Source: Eukaryota sp. GEM-RC1 (lineage: Eukaryota). From it: a DNA stretch of 64,000 nt. Numbering within the stretch: position 1 is the first letter of the stretch; each line of letters begins with the position of its first letter. Below the pieces are notes generated by a model. That model was given only the letters and a program-made list of their open reading frames with translations, was not told where the DNA came from and searched no databases. The stretch covers positions 3,038,001-3,102,000 of the forward strand of contig JAUFOQ010000002.1 of the NCBI GenBank assembly GCA_040285855.1, read 5' to 3'. Positions 1 to 12,023 of this stretch are shown here, piece after piece. A program made the translations under genes and the position numbers.

Positions 1-770
1 GACATATGCTGAGTGGTCTAGAGTTTCAAGAAAGCATAAAAGAATCCACCAGTACCTTGTCAGAAAGAGATCTGGTACTAGTCCCTCAGGTCAGACAAAG
101 ACTATTGAAGAATGGAACACTTGGTTAGGTGAAGAACAGGATTCTAAGACAGTCAACTACAACAAATTTAGAGAATTTATGCTGAATAAATGTATTCACT
201 ACAATGCAACTAAAGACTTCTATGATTTGCATATATGGAGGATTCACAAAATCCAAAATCATGTCCATAAGCAAAAGACAGAGTCTAAATTGGTTAACAG
301 CATTGTAAAAACTTTCGGTAGTCGTGGTAAAATCGTACTATGTATTGGTGATTTAGGTCAGAAGCCAATGGCGAACTTAAAACACAGTCCACCATCGAGA
401 ACTAAGACTTGGACTTTATTCTTCCAGAGAAATGGTTTTCTAACAGTGATGAATGATGAGAGAAACACTTCGTCCAAGTGTCCAGAATGTCATGAAGATG
501 TTTTTGAAACTTCTATTGAGGTTGTCAACCCAAAGCCCAAATCAAGAGAGAAGAGAGAATGGATTCATCCACATGGCTTACTAGAGTGTAAGAGCAAACA
601 TTGTCTGGGAGAAGTCAAGAAGCGATTGAAGGGGGGAAAAGAAAGGGCATACAGTGCCCAGTCAAATGTATTGGAATCGCAACAAGATGGCTTGCTTGAA
701 CATGATGAACATGTTCGAGCATTGGATGAATGGTAGTGATAAGAGAGTTGAATATTTATGTAGAAATTAG
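1..770 (+). CDS. Fanzor (Fanzor1-type TnpB-like RNA-guided nuclease), C-terminal part; 5' end outside window; one G-run frameshift at 631-636
   Basis: Frame is open from base 2 (TYAEWSRVSRK...DSKTVNYNKFREF). Motifs: FG...IVLCIGD, rearranged RuvC-II DE-x2-TS followed by CPEC, HGLLECKSKHC zinc ribbon. Removing one G gives YWNRNKMACLNM...EYLCRN* (TAG 768-770). Confidence 0.88.
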
Positions 771-840
771 CTTTATTTTTGTTAGCTGGCCGGTGAAACC
801 CCGCCATATTTGGTTAAGTCCACATACAATGTATATAATT
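740..840 (+). ncRNA. Putative Fanzor omegaRNA scaffold / element right end (conserved to 822) plus flank-derived guide (~823-840)
   Basis: 759-822 is near-identical to the reverse complement of 30213-30276, with abrupt divergence after ...GGTTAAGTCCA. It can form a TGGC-c-GGT-GAA-ACC-cc-GCCA hairpin and a TTAGCT/GGTTAA stem. Confidence 0.7.
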
Positions 841-1185
841 ATGTTAACATCAGCCTTCGGGAGAGGAAAACCACAGTAGAATTGACCAGATCAACACCAA
901 ATGCATTCTGATCAACCTTCACCATTCACTCAACATTTACTGTGTCTGAACCACGGATTCAGTACTATATGAGTGAAGCAAATCTCAATAGGCATCATGG
1001 AACTATGCATGAACAGTGATGAACCGACGACATTGAAATGCCTCTTTTGGGGAGAGGAACATTTTACAAATTTCAAATAATGTCCATAAGATATTCGAAT
1101 TATTAATGTCTTCGACTCCAGTCTAAAGAGCACACACAGTTTATTTGCAGCAACATTGATGTTTAAAAACACCATAACAGGTAAT

Positions 1186-1612
1186 CTATTCAGCTTGCCC
1201 TGAAGAGCTAAACTTGGTTACAGCCTTTGTACCTTCAGAAACAGCATGTTTTGATAACTCGCCAGGCAACAACAGTCTAACAGCAGTTTGAATCTCTCTT
1301 GATGACAATGTATTCCTCTTGTTGATTCTGGCCAACCGAGAAGCTTCAGTAGCAATACGTTCAAAAATGTCATTGACAAAAGAGTTCATGATTCCCATAG
1401 CCTTGGTAGAAATACCAGTATCAGGGTGAACCTGACGGAGAACACGATATATATAAGTAGCCCAAGTTTCCTTACGGGCTTTTTTTTCTCTTTGTAGTAA
1501 CGGGAGCTCCTTCAGCAACAGCCTTTGTAGGTACTTTTGAAGGAGCTTTAGCTGCTACTCCTTTAATGGACTTGGTAGACTTTGTAGACTTGACAGATTT
1601 CTTACCCGGCAT
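1186..1612 (-). CDS. H2B: Histone H2B (frameshift in T8 run 1480-1487)
   Basis: MPGKKSVK... Lys-rich tail joined to [42 protein letters not shown]...[13 protein letters not shown]. Confidence 0.97.
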
Positions 1613-1707
1613 AGACAACAAGGATAAGAGAAGTGATATCCTAATGTACAATTGGTGGGACGGCACACTCCGTTTGGCCGACATCTCTTGTTGTTTCTTT
1701 GTTCTCA

Positions 1708-2087
1708 ATGTCTGAGGAAACTGGTGCTCGAACTCTTTCCTATAAAGCTGGTCTTCAATTTCCTGTTGGTCGTATCCGTAGATATCTGCGTGAAGGAAAG
1801 TATGCTGAGCGTATTGGTGCTGGAGCTCCTGTTTACATGGCTGCTGTCCTTGAATATCTAACAGCTGAAGTGTTGGAATTGTCTGGTAACGCTGCAAGAG
1901 ACAATAAGAAGTCTCGCATTGTTCCTCGTCATATTCTCTTGGCTATCCGTAATGATGAAGAACTCAGCAAACTCATGTCTCATATTATGATTCCTTCTGG
2001 TGGTGTTTTACCTCATATTCACTCAGATCTGTTACCAAAGGGTCCAGATCTCGTGATACCGCTGAGTCAGGATCTCAAGAGATTTAG
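1708..2087 (+). CDS. H2A: Histone H2A, probably H2A.X-type (SQEI C-terminus after restoring one base at 2040-2042)
   Basis: [16 protein letters not shown]...[36 protein letters not shown]; alternative frame ends [14 protein letters not shown]. Confidence 0.95.
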
Positions 2088-2192
2088 ATTTGGATAAAAT
2101 TGTGTCGGTGTACAACAAAATCAACTTTGAAATAATTCCCTAAAGAAATCTATAGATGGACTGCCAAAGTCTTTTCATCACGTCATCTTTAT

Positions 2193-2735
2193 TTACGAAG
2201 GTCCTACAGGAAAAGTTCCAGGAACCATATGGTCTGTACTAGGAGGATGATGTCTGGAGAACTCATCAGATTGTTCAAGCACTCGTTGGTCAGGTTTTGA
2301 CTTCCAATAATCCAAAACAGACCGTGCAAACTCAATAAACTGATTAGGATTGCGAAAAAGTGATGTAAAGTCTTCCAACTTCGCACTCTTATTGATAACG
2401 TCGAAAAAACGAAAAGTTTTGGAAAATGCTGGACTGGAAGATTCTGATATACATGAACTGAACACCAGCTGGGGGATATGTGGCTCAAATGAGCAAATGC
2501 GGACAATTAGGGAGGAATGAAGATCATCATGTGTGTATGTAAAACTGTAACTGTACTGTTGACTCTGCCAGTCAGTAGGGAAAGGAGCTTGAAGATGACT
2601 ATCGGAAGAAGTATCCTCACAATGGAAGCCTGAATGGATGAATCCCATATTGAAAGCGCCCACTATGACGTCACTGCGATTCCGAGGGTGGATATTGGCC
2701 CTTATAAGAGAGGAGACGATGCTGCGATCTTCCAT
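2193..2735 (-). CDS. PI31/PSMF1-like proteasome regulator N-terminal (FP) domain protein; 3' end uncertain
   Basis: VIVGAFNMGFIHSGF...FPTDWQSQQYSYSFTYTH resembles the PI31 N-terminal domain. Confidence 0.6.
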   Translation of the reverse strand: MEDRSIVSSLIRANIHPRNRSDVIVGAFNMGFIHSGFHCEDTSSDSHLQAPFPTDWQSQQYSYSFTYTHDDLHSSLIVRICSFEPHIPQLVFSSCISESSSPAFSKTFRFFDVINKSAKLEDFTSLFRNPNQFIEFARSVLDYWKSKPDQRVLEQSDEFSRHHPPSTDHMVPGTFPVGPS

Positions 2736-2867
2736 GATATCTGCTGAATAGTGATATCGTTCTATGAGGTCTCTTTTCAACAATAAGGTTAATGGGCCTC
2801 TACAGTTAAGCAAAGTCAGTGGGAACCTTTCATCGACATTAATTGGAAATCACTTTGATATGACGTA

Positions 2868-4826
2868 ATGACTCTACCATCCGAAGCTGATGATACATCT
2901 GCTTCCATCTGCTACCGCTTTCTTCTCACTTATGTTGCTTCACAATGCTTTTCGTCATCTAAAATTACTCTTGATCACATTCTTTCTCTGGGAATCTTTA
3001 AAGCACGCAATTACTCCAAGCATCAACTTGAAGCTCTCATACAATCAGACCCACTCCACCAACTCTCATGTACTCCTCATATCTCATTTACCTGGCTCCA
3101 CTCCATTTCTCAACTACCTGACGTCTCTTGCTCCCACTCCACTCTCTTCATACCTCTTCCTTCAGACATCTTCCTCAGCTTCAGCACTGACTCTATTTCA
3201 TCAATTTCATCTTCCTCTTCAGTCCCCATCCTAGCATTCTCTCCTGAGAACTTCAATGAACTCTTGGTCAATCCTTGGTACTTCCAGTTCTTCGTCATCA
3301 CCAACTATGCCAGTATAACCTCTCCGTTAGCTCATTTCCCTTCACTAAAGGAGATTTCAAGAGGCATTTATTACATCAAATCAATCACTCGTGATCAAAT
3401 CTCTGATTTAGGAAGGGTTACGTCTTCTCTGACCTTGAGGATCTCTTCTGAAAAGATCTCTTCACAATCACAATCAAATGTCCGTCCAAAATCGGCAGTT
3501 GTAACTGGTTATAGGAGTCGCCCGTCATCAATCAAACCACGTCTTGATTTTGACCTATTACTGAGCTGTTATCAAGTGTTGGCGAAGTCTAATCACGTCA
3601 TGACGTTAGAAGATTTGTATTCCGAATCCAGATGTTCTCTGTTCTATGTGGATTTCGTCTCAATGCTACGACAAGATCCTCTTGTTCGATTTAGTTTTCA
3701 TAATTCTAATAAGATTGTCAAAACGTTCTTTTGAATAGTCATAACCGATTACCTATAACTTCTTTTTCTACTCTTATGGCTATTGGAACTGTTTCTGGTG
3801 AGTTTTTGAGCTTTATGACGTTATTTTTGACCCTAGTTGTATTCCGACTCTGCAGAAGTTGAATTTTAATATTTTGAGAAAAGCGTCGTCCGATTCTGTT
3901 CTCTGTTTTCTATCTGTTTGTTTACTCAAGGCGGACAATTTTGAAATATTCAAATTATCAGAAATTTTTCACGTATTAAAACGTCACGGAAAGCTAGTCA
4001 CTCATCTCCCATTACAATACGTTTCCAAAAGTGTTTCTTTACCCACAGTTGTATCTAAAAATAGATCACTAGATCGACCAAAATCTACCTCCAAACTGAA
4101 TTGTACTAATTATCTGTTTCCCCGCCCTGTATCAGCCTTCCCAACTCGACCTGCATCAGCTTTTCCTTCTCGGCAACCTTCCTCGTTGTGTTCCACTCCT
4201 CGTTCGTTAATGGAAAGTACAGGGGCAAAGAAAGTTGTGTCGTTTTGTTTGAATCCGAGTTTTCAACACATTTTTGAAAAGTTTCAAGGTGGGCAACATG
4301 TGTTGTTTACGGCTTTTCCGGGATTTGGAAAAGTTTTCTTGTCAAGAATTTAAATAATTTGTTGTCTTTTTCTAAACAATGTGTTTTTGACCTAGATGAT
4401 GTGATTGATTTAGGAGAGAAATTCAGTGGCGGAGATTTTTTTGAAAAACAATTGCATAGCAAAGCTCTTCGATTGGTCCATTTTGTAAATAATTTTAAAC
4501 TACCTAGAATGTGGATCGGATTTTTACCAGATTTAAAATTCTACCAACAGTTAAACAATTGTTGTATAGTTGCGCTAACTCCATCAAACACAAGTTTCGA
4601 GTCTAAATTTAATGGAATAGATCGTGATTTTGATTCAAAATTTAAAATTCAATATCAAGGAATTCAAATTCTGGGACAGCGGATCATTGATGAAATTCCT
4701 AATGTGATTCAAATTGATTTATGTCCATATTTTTTAAAATTGGCATATGGTATTGAGTGCAATTCTGTTGACAAGATGAGTCCGCCGGAATTACTCAAAT
4801 TTTGTAAAAATCTGAGAATAAGTTAA
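2868..4826 (+). CDS. Large hypothetical protein with C-terminal P-loop NTPase/kinase-like domain, split by several homopolymer frameshifts
   Basis: ORFs 2868-3734, 3859-4353 and 4359-4826 join with single-base corrections. Adding one A at 4329-4332 gives VLFTAFPGFGKSFLVKNL...VFDLDD (Walker A). Confidence 0.5.
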
Positions 4827-4895
4827 AATTTGCTATTCAATTATCTTCAAGAATCTTCGGAAAAATTATTATTTTTGTATTTTAATCTAACAATT

Positions 4896-7273
4896 TCACA
4901 TTGAGTCTATTGACCAATGGTAAAATCTTTTTGATCGTTGCAGCAACTCTTTATCCACTAAAGACTGAGCAACAAGTAAACCATCTGTTGAATTATTCAA
5001 TAAATTTTGAAAAACAGCTGTCCACAAAGTTTTTGCCAATATCGTTTAAATGGTTTCTTAATCACATACTGGCCATCTCTTTCCACTACCTCCATATACT
5101 CTCCAAATAACATTACATAGATACAACCGGCCAAAGCAAACCAATCTACATCATACTTCCACTCACAGCCCTCAGAAACTCTTGGATTAGCAAAGCAAGA
5201 AGCACAGATAGTTCCTTTAAAGAAAGTGTTTTTGGGATACATTGTGGTATCTATAGAAGATCCAAAATCAGCTAGTACCAGTCCAAATGAGTCCCAATTG
5301 TTATCTCGTTCTGTAGTGAATTCAGCACACGTGAGGTCTTCTGAATTCAAAGCCATGAGCCAGTTATCAGGTTTTAAATCCCCATGTATGACTCCCACTT
5401 CTTGAACTTTAGACAAAACATGCATCATCTCTGAAGCAAAGTAGAGAATCAAAGTTTCATCAAGTGCTTCCCCTTTCGTTCTCAGCTTATTAACAACTCC
5501 CTGCAGAGTCCCTTGAACATGCTGCTCACTGAACAAAACCCCGCCATTAGAGAACTTAGTGAAATGCAAAGGAGCGAGTATCTTTGGACAAGTGCAAGGT
5601 TCCAGTCGAGATGACAAAACGACCATAATGTAGAACTCCAACGGACTCAGCTCTTTACCAGCTTTCATTGCAACGACGCTATCTTGTTCCCATTCACTTG
5701 GACTATCTGAAGTAAAGTTTTCCACAATGACGTCGTAGACTGTAGCAAAAACGCCGGAACCAAGGATTGATCGGACCATGATAGATCGATCGCCCAGGTC
5801 GTAATCATTATCGATTGAGATTCGTGGGAGGCGGTCAGAAAGATCGTCATAGTCAGGTCGATTGATTAAGTAGTTTTGAGCTTTCATGACTTGAAACTCG
5901 ATTTCTTTAGGATAATTAACACCAACAACCAGTGAGTTTTCTTCATCCACTACGATATTTTGATTTGAATTAGATTGGCTCCGATCAAGTTTAGGCGGTT
6001 CAAAATTAACAGTATGCTCCTCAAATATTTCAAAATTTGAATTAGTTTTTGAGTCTAAAATCGGGGGTTCAAAATCACTGTTAAATAACGACGATTTCTT
6101 CTCTGTCTTTTTTGAAATAATAGGAGATGAAAACATCTTCAGTACATCACTCATTGCGACCTTTGTATTTACAGTGGGTGACGACACATGATAGTCTGAT
6201 CCACTCATCAACGACGTGACACTTTCCAGATCCGATACATAGTGATTCTCCTCCTCCATTGGCACTTCCTCTTCTTCTTCAGGTTCAACAATAAAATATC
6301 TTGGACATTTAGATCGAAGTTCTTCAAAACAAAACTCTTCGCCTTCTGCACTGTACAAGTTAGATATATCAAAGGAAAGAACTTCTGTTGTTGATTTAGA
6401 TTTCTTCGAAGGCTTGGAAACCTGATCATCGGAATAAATTTGAAATTTTTGAACTTTCTTGGAAATTCTTTTCTGTGGCAACGGTCCCACCTCAGACCAT
6501 TTTTGTTTTACATTAATATTCTCCCTGGTTCTAGTTTCAATACTAGCTAGCTCCCTCCAATAAGGCTTAGGGAAAGCAGCAGATCCAGTATCTTCCTCGT
6601 CATCCTGGAAAACTTCAAAATCGGCTCCAAATGATGACGTGACGATCGATTGTGATGGTGGAGCTGATTGATCCCTTCCCAAAGGTATTGATCGACTTTT
6701 GATTGGTTCTGGATGACGTATTTGATATTCTGAATATTTCTTCGAAAGTCTAGCTACTGGATGAGCTTTTCTTTTGATACCTTCCTGATACACTGAGTGG
6801 ACTTTTGAATGCTGACTCTTCTGCTCACATACTAGAGCATAGGCTTCCCAATAAAGTGCTAGATCGAGACCTATTTCGTTTGAATACATGTAAGCAAAGA
6901 TATCAACAGGATCAGGACATTGATCTGCCTGGAAATGAGAAGAAGATAGGGCATACGTATTGAATCCAGAGCATAATGTAGCGTTTGTCATTGCTATACA
7001 TTTGAAGATGTTGTAGTTGATTTGTGACACGTTCTAGAAGTTGTGTGAGTATGTCAGGCCGATCTGAGTGAGTGTTCTTGACCCAGTTAATGTATCGTAG
7101 CCAAGGTTCAAGAGGGTCATCGAGAGATGTACTGGAGATTTCAGCTTCAAAATGTCTACTGTTATTGTGAATGAGAACTCATACTCAAATGAGTCTTGTG
7201 AATCAGTGAGGACAGGGTTGCGTCCGGTTCGAAGAGGAGCCATGTTTTCTTTAGAATCTTCCCAAGAGGTCAT
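4896..7273 (-). CDS. BUB1: Bub1/Mad3 (MadBub) spindle checkpoint kinase; introns 7159(or 7156)-7184 and 6929-6956; frameshift at T-run 5030-5034
   Basis: WEDSKENMAPLRTGR KEN box; spliced TPR DDPLEPWLRYINW...YSNDKRYIMLWIQY|ADQCPDPVDIFAYMYSNEIG; GLEBS EEFCFEELR; SPTVNTK motif; kinase GSGVFA, HGDLKPDN, DFG; corrected RYWQKTLWTAVFQNLLN. Confidence 0.93.
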
Positions 7274-7398
7274 TTTATGTAGACATAGAAAAAAGTAGGG
7301 GAAGTGTAGGAATGATCTTGTTTTGAGGGGCCAACTTTTTCTACACTCAAAACACAAGCTCAAATGGTATGAGACATCCTCCAGACTGATTATAGTCT

Positions 7399-7832
7399 AT
7401 GTCTGGAATTGCTGTCGATCCTAAGTGTACTCGTATATTCGAGGAGCTTAAATTGGGAAAACAACATCGATATATCGTTTTCCGTATGGACCCTACATAC
7501 AAACTAGTTGTTGACGAATCTATTGGTGGTCGTGATGCTACTTATGAAGACTTCGTCGGTACGTTACCCGAAAATGATTCACGATACGCCGTCTTCGATT
7601 TCGAATTTCAGCATAGTGATGGTCCCCGTAACAAGCTTTTGTTCATCATGTGGTCTCCTGAAACATCCCCCGTTAGATCAAAGATGCTCTATGCCGCTAC
7701 TAAGGATTCTATTAAACGTAACCTTCAAGGTGTTGCACACGAAATTCAGGCTACTGACTTGAGCGAAATTGTATGAACTTTTGTTTGATCTTACTCTAGG
7801 ACTATGATACCATTTTGTCAAGGTTCCTCTAA
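7399..7832 (+). CDS. Cofilin/actin-depolymerizing factor; 29-nt intron 7771-7799
   Basis: MSGIAVD...RYAVFDFEF...KLLFIMWSPETSPVRSKMLYAATK...IQATDLSEI|DYDTILSRFL*. Confidence 0.96.
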
Positions 7833-8205
7833 GTTATCCTGTATGTACTATTCCATCTCCGTTTTTCAATCTGTTAATATACTAGCAAATAAATGTTCAT
7901 TGTGTACCTCTGTATATTTATTTTTGTCCCTATACGGAACAGTCTTTGTTTATTTTGCAAAATTTAATTGAGCATCTTGGTCATCTTGCTATACATTTCT
8001 AATTATTGATTCTTGTTGTCTTCATCAGTTCAGTATCAACCTCCTTCCACCATGTAAAACTTAAAATTTGTGAGTTAGATTGGATAAGTAACTTCCTAAA
8101 ATACTTCTATTGATTTCTATCAAGTCAAATTTGGGTAATAATACTACATTTATATGGTAATACACTGCTGCATCTAGAATCCGATATGGACCTAAAGAGA
8201 TCAAA

Positions 8206-8320
8206 CTTTATTCAGTACCCACTAAGGTAACCTTCCTACAAAACTATGAAATTGTAAAAACAAACAAATAATACTAAGATTAAATCCAAACGACTTCATC
8301 ACCACCCGGTAAAAGATTAC
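8206..8320 (-). mobile_element. 3'-terminal fragment of CRE-like non-LTR retroelement
   Basis: Near-identical to 20459-20570 (stop codon region and 3' UTR). Confidence 0.85.
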
Positions 8321-8441
8321 AACAAACCCTAAATATTTCCAATTGGAGTGTCGACCAACAAATCAAAATACAAAAAAAGTAGTTGATTGGATTTTATTTG
8401 GATACCAAATCCGTGGAACTCTAATTAACACAGACAATCAA

Positions 8442-9309
8442 TCATGAACAGTCTACCCACCCACTAGTGCAAGCCTTTGGACAGACCTTAACGGGAGGGT
8501 AGACTGTAGTCGGGTAAGGCAACACATTGTAATGATTAAACAATGAAATGACAATCCAATTCAATGTACTAAATTTAGGCAACAACTCAATACCGTGGGA
8601 TGTACTTGTAATACTAACATAAACTGAGGTATGATACAAAGACTGTATAACAACCAGACAATAATACAGATATACTACAATCAAATACGTTATGTTATAT
8701 GGAGAAAGAATCAACAACATTTGAGAAGCAATCACTAGTGAGAAAAGATTTCGCTGGAGTAGATTCATGCGAAGAAGTAGTTAGCTGCTTAAAGGTAATG
8801 CTACAAACAATATCAGTGTTTGGATCAAAAGTTTGGAAGTGGCGATTGTGTTTCTGCACTACCATGAGATTGATGACCAGGTGAAGATATCGTTGAAGAA
8901 GGATACATGTTTTGCTGGAGCATTGAAGAGTAGATAAACGACGGTGGAGAGTTTGTAGATGGGGTAAAAGAGCAACATTGAGGTCTCCTACATCCAGGGT
9001 AAGGAAGAGATTACAGAAAGTGGTGGACAAACGTAAAAGACCAACTGAATTGAACATTGGGTCACTAGAAAGGGTCACGGACGGCCCCATGATCAGAAAC
9101 CGAAAATGATCATAAGAAGACGATGCTCCATCAGAGAAAACCAGATCTAAGCATTGACAAAGAACTAGAACATCGGCAGGAACACTGACTTTTAGGGGCT
9201 TTATAATATCCAAGATACTGTTGATCGGGAGATCAATTATGGCAGCCAAAATTTCCGTATACTTGACAAAGAAGCGCTGGAAGGGGGTTCCTTTAACGAT
9301 CTTTGGCAT
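8442..9309 (-). CDS. Hypothetical protein (probably frameshifted)
   Basis: 204-aa ORF from ATG 9309 with an overlapping continuation ORF; no recognised motif. Confidence 0.35.
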
Positions 9310-10038
9310 ATGATATCTGACTCAAGAAGAAGAACTAAGACATATAACAGCGCTCAGCTATTGAACGAACATGACAAACATGACAAGTTTGACACTGACA
9401 ATGAACAATCAGATCTTTGAGTCAGACTGATTTAACTCATGAGTCGAGTCAAACCTCTATTTCTGCATGTGTTCTCCCAATATTGGGTCAGATTATTACT
9501 CTGACAACAAAGAAGAACCGATTCACATTCAAGATGAAGAAAACTGTCCTAAAACAAGTGTATCTGTCACGTGATATCTGCGAACTCCACTTAAACTTCT
9601 TTTCACCAGTTTTCACCTGGCTTCCAGGTAAATCATCCTAAACGTTCCAGAAAACTTTGGTTATACTCATATCTATAGAATTCTTCTTGATACTTTTCCC
9701 TATTATTTCCCTCGTATAGCAGAGGATGCTTCCGCTACCAGTCCTAGTCTCCCCTTCAGATGTAGGAAATGAATGGGGGATTACCGAGATGGTGAGAGAA
9801 TTCGTTCTTTTACTGAAGGGGAGTCAGATGTGTTTTTCTAATTCTAATTTTTTTAATTTGGTTTTCTGTTTTTGTGTTGGAAGAAATTTCCAACACTTAG
9901 TTTCTTAATTCAATGCCATACCGGTTTTTATAACCTCTTAAAATTTCAATAATTATCAGTAGAGTTCTCTGGAATGAAATAGAACATTCATGTCTTTGAT
10001 TAAAAGTGTGTTCTATAGAACTACTATGTAATTATGAA

Positions 10039-10449
10039 CTATGTAGTTAGAAGTTGGTTCAGAAGTAATGATAAATAGTTAGATCTAATGAGTTTTCTAG
10101 TACACGCTGCAATACGTGTTGTCATTTTCTGTTTAAGAGTGGGAGAATTGTTGGAATGACGTAAAGCGTTCAACTCGTCTAGAAAGTGAGATTCCAAAGA
10201 ACTTTTAGAGGATTTGAGGCAAGCAGCATTGACGAAAAGCTTTCTTCTAGCACACAACATAAACACTGTAAAGAGAATATAGTCGATGTAGCCAGAATTA
10301 GCACCATACTTCTTCTCTAAAGACTTGATAACCACAGTAGGATTGGTGATCACTGAAACTAACCAGCTATAAATCATGTTAGTTTTGCCGATTCCAGTAC
10401 TACCAATTATAGATGCACATTGAGGTTTTTCTTTGCGTGAACCACACAC
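10039..10449 (-). pseudogene. P-loop NTPase fragment (Crinkler/RHS-like Walker A)
   Basis: ASIIGSTGIGKTNMIY; no clear start, surrounding frames interrupted. Confidence 0.4.
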
Positions 10450-12023
10450 CTGAATGTAAACGTGGCGGAGAAGAAAGATATGTGATCAATTTGATTGACC
10501 ATCTTGTCTGTCAGGTTCATTGTAAGAAATGAAGATGATTGACTGATTGTATTGTATTTCCTATTCTCTGGTAATATGATGTACATAATACTGCTCTTTC
10601 ACCCATTTGTGTTTTCTTCCAAGTGACAAAATGAAACTGTGCTCTTTCTATTTTGCCATTGATTTTGCCATTGATTCTTGTAAACAAGGCTGATTCTTCT
10701 AGATCTATTGTTCCAATCTTTGATGAAAAGTGACTTCTATAGATTCAGATGTAATAATAAAAAGTGAGTATAATTCATTTTTTTTTAAACAATGCTCACT
10801 GAGTTAACACAACATACACTCACTGTTGACGTCTATGATTTTTGTCGAGTAATATCCTATAAGTAAGGACTCTCTATTTATAAAGAGTGTCTGTATGTGG
10901 ATCACAGGATAAGAGTTGAGCACCACAACTGATATGATTTTGCTGTATGATGTACAAATGCAATCCAGTAATCTGTTTAAATCATTTTTCAGAAGCATGA
11001 ACAAAACTACATCCAAATTCTACTGGTTATAGTCTGGTTATCGATGTGAATATGTCTCTTGTTTTAGCCTTTTGCATATGTGAGTTTTTTCTACATGACT
11101 AATTCATATATAGACATAAACACGTCATCACCAAAACCTGTCCCAATTTAATTTAATTCAAAACAAACCGTTTAGAGTACGTTTAAATAATTCTACGTCT
11201 AAATAGACACGTACAAGCAGTTAAAGTCGACCCTACCATTAGTGCAAACCGTAATGGGAGAGTAGACAGTATTGGGAGAAAATATTTTTATTAAATATTT
11301 AAATATTCATTGGTTAGAAACAAAACATTTTATTTATTGCAGTTATTGCAATATATTACATTCTGATTTTTTTAGATATAGTATCATCCAAATGTCACTA
11401 AGTGGTTACTTATACTGATAAAAACTACCTACCATTCATTTGAATTTCAATTTACAAATAGATCCTCTGTTGAAGAGTGTCCTAATCTCTGTAATATACT
11501 TCATAGTAAACTTTCTTGTTGTCGAAACTTCTACATTGTGACATTATTAAGAGGCTCAGAGATTATACTCGAATATTTTACAGCTGAAACAATTCCAACA
11601 AAGACAATACTAGTACATGTATATGTATGTGAAATTTACTTTGAACAGGCTAAAGATGAGTGGGGGTGTCGCTTAGTACACGTACTATACGTAAGCTTCA
11701 CAATACTGTATTATAAATATATATTCTAAGTTTCTGCAATATAAAAATAATAAGGACAGTCATCTTCAGAAAATATTTATTGGTTTGGAAAAGATGTTTT
11801 GCTGCAACAAATTTGTTTTCCATTATGTACAATTACTTACGTACAAGTATTTGAATAGCAGCACTGAAGGTCAATCTGAATAAAGAAGATTCAACTCTAT
11901 GGATTAAAACAAATAATGTAATATATCATCAACAACAGACACTCATTCATAGGGACATCAACTTGTTCGAACTTGACATTCGAATAGATATGGACAAAAA
12001 TTGCTGTTGATTCTTCGTTTTCG

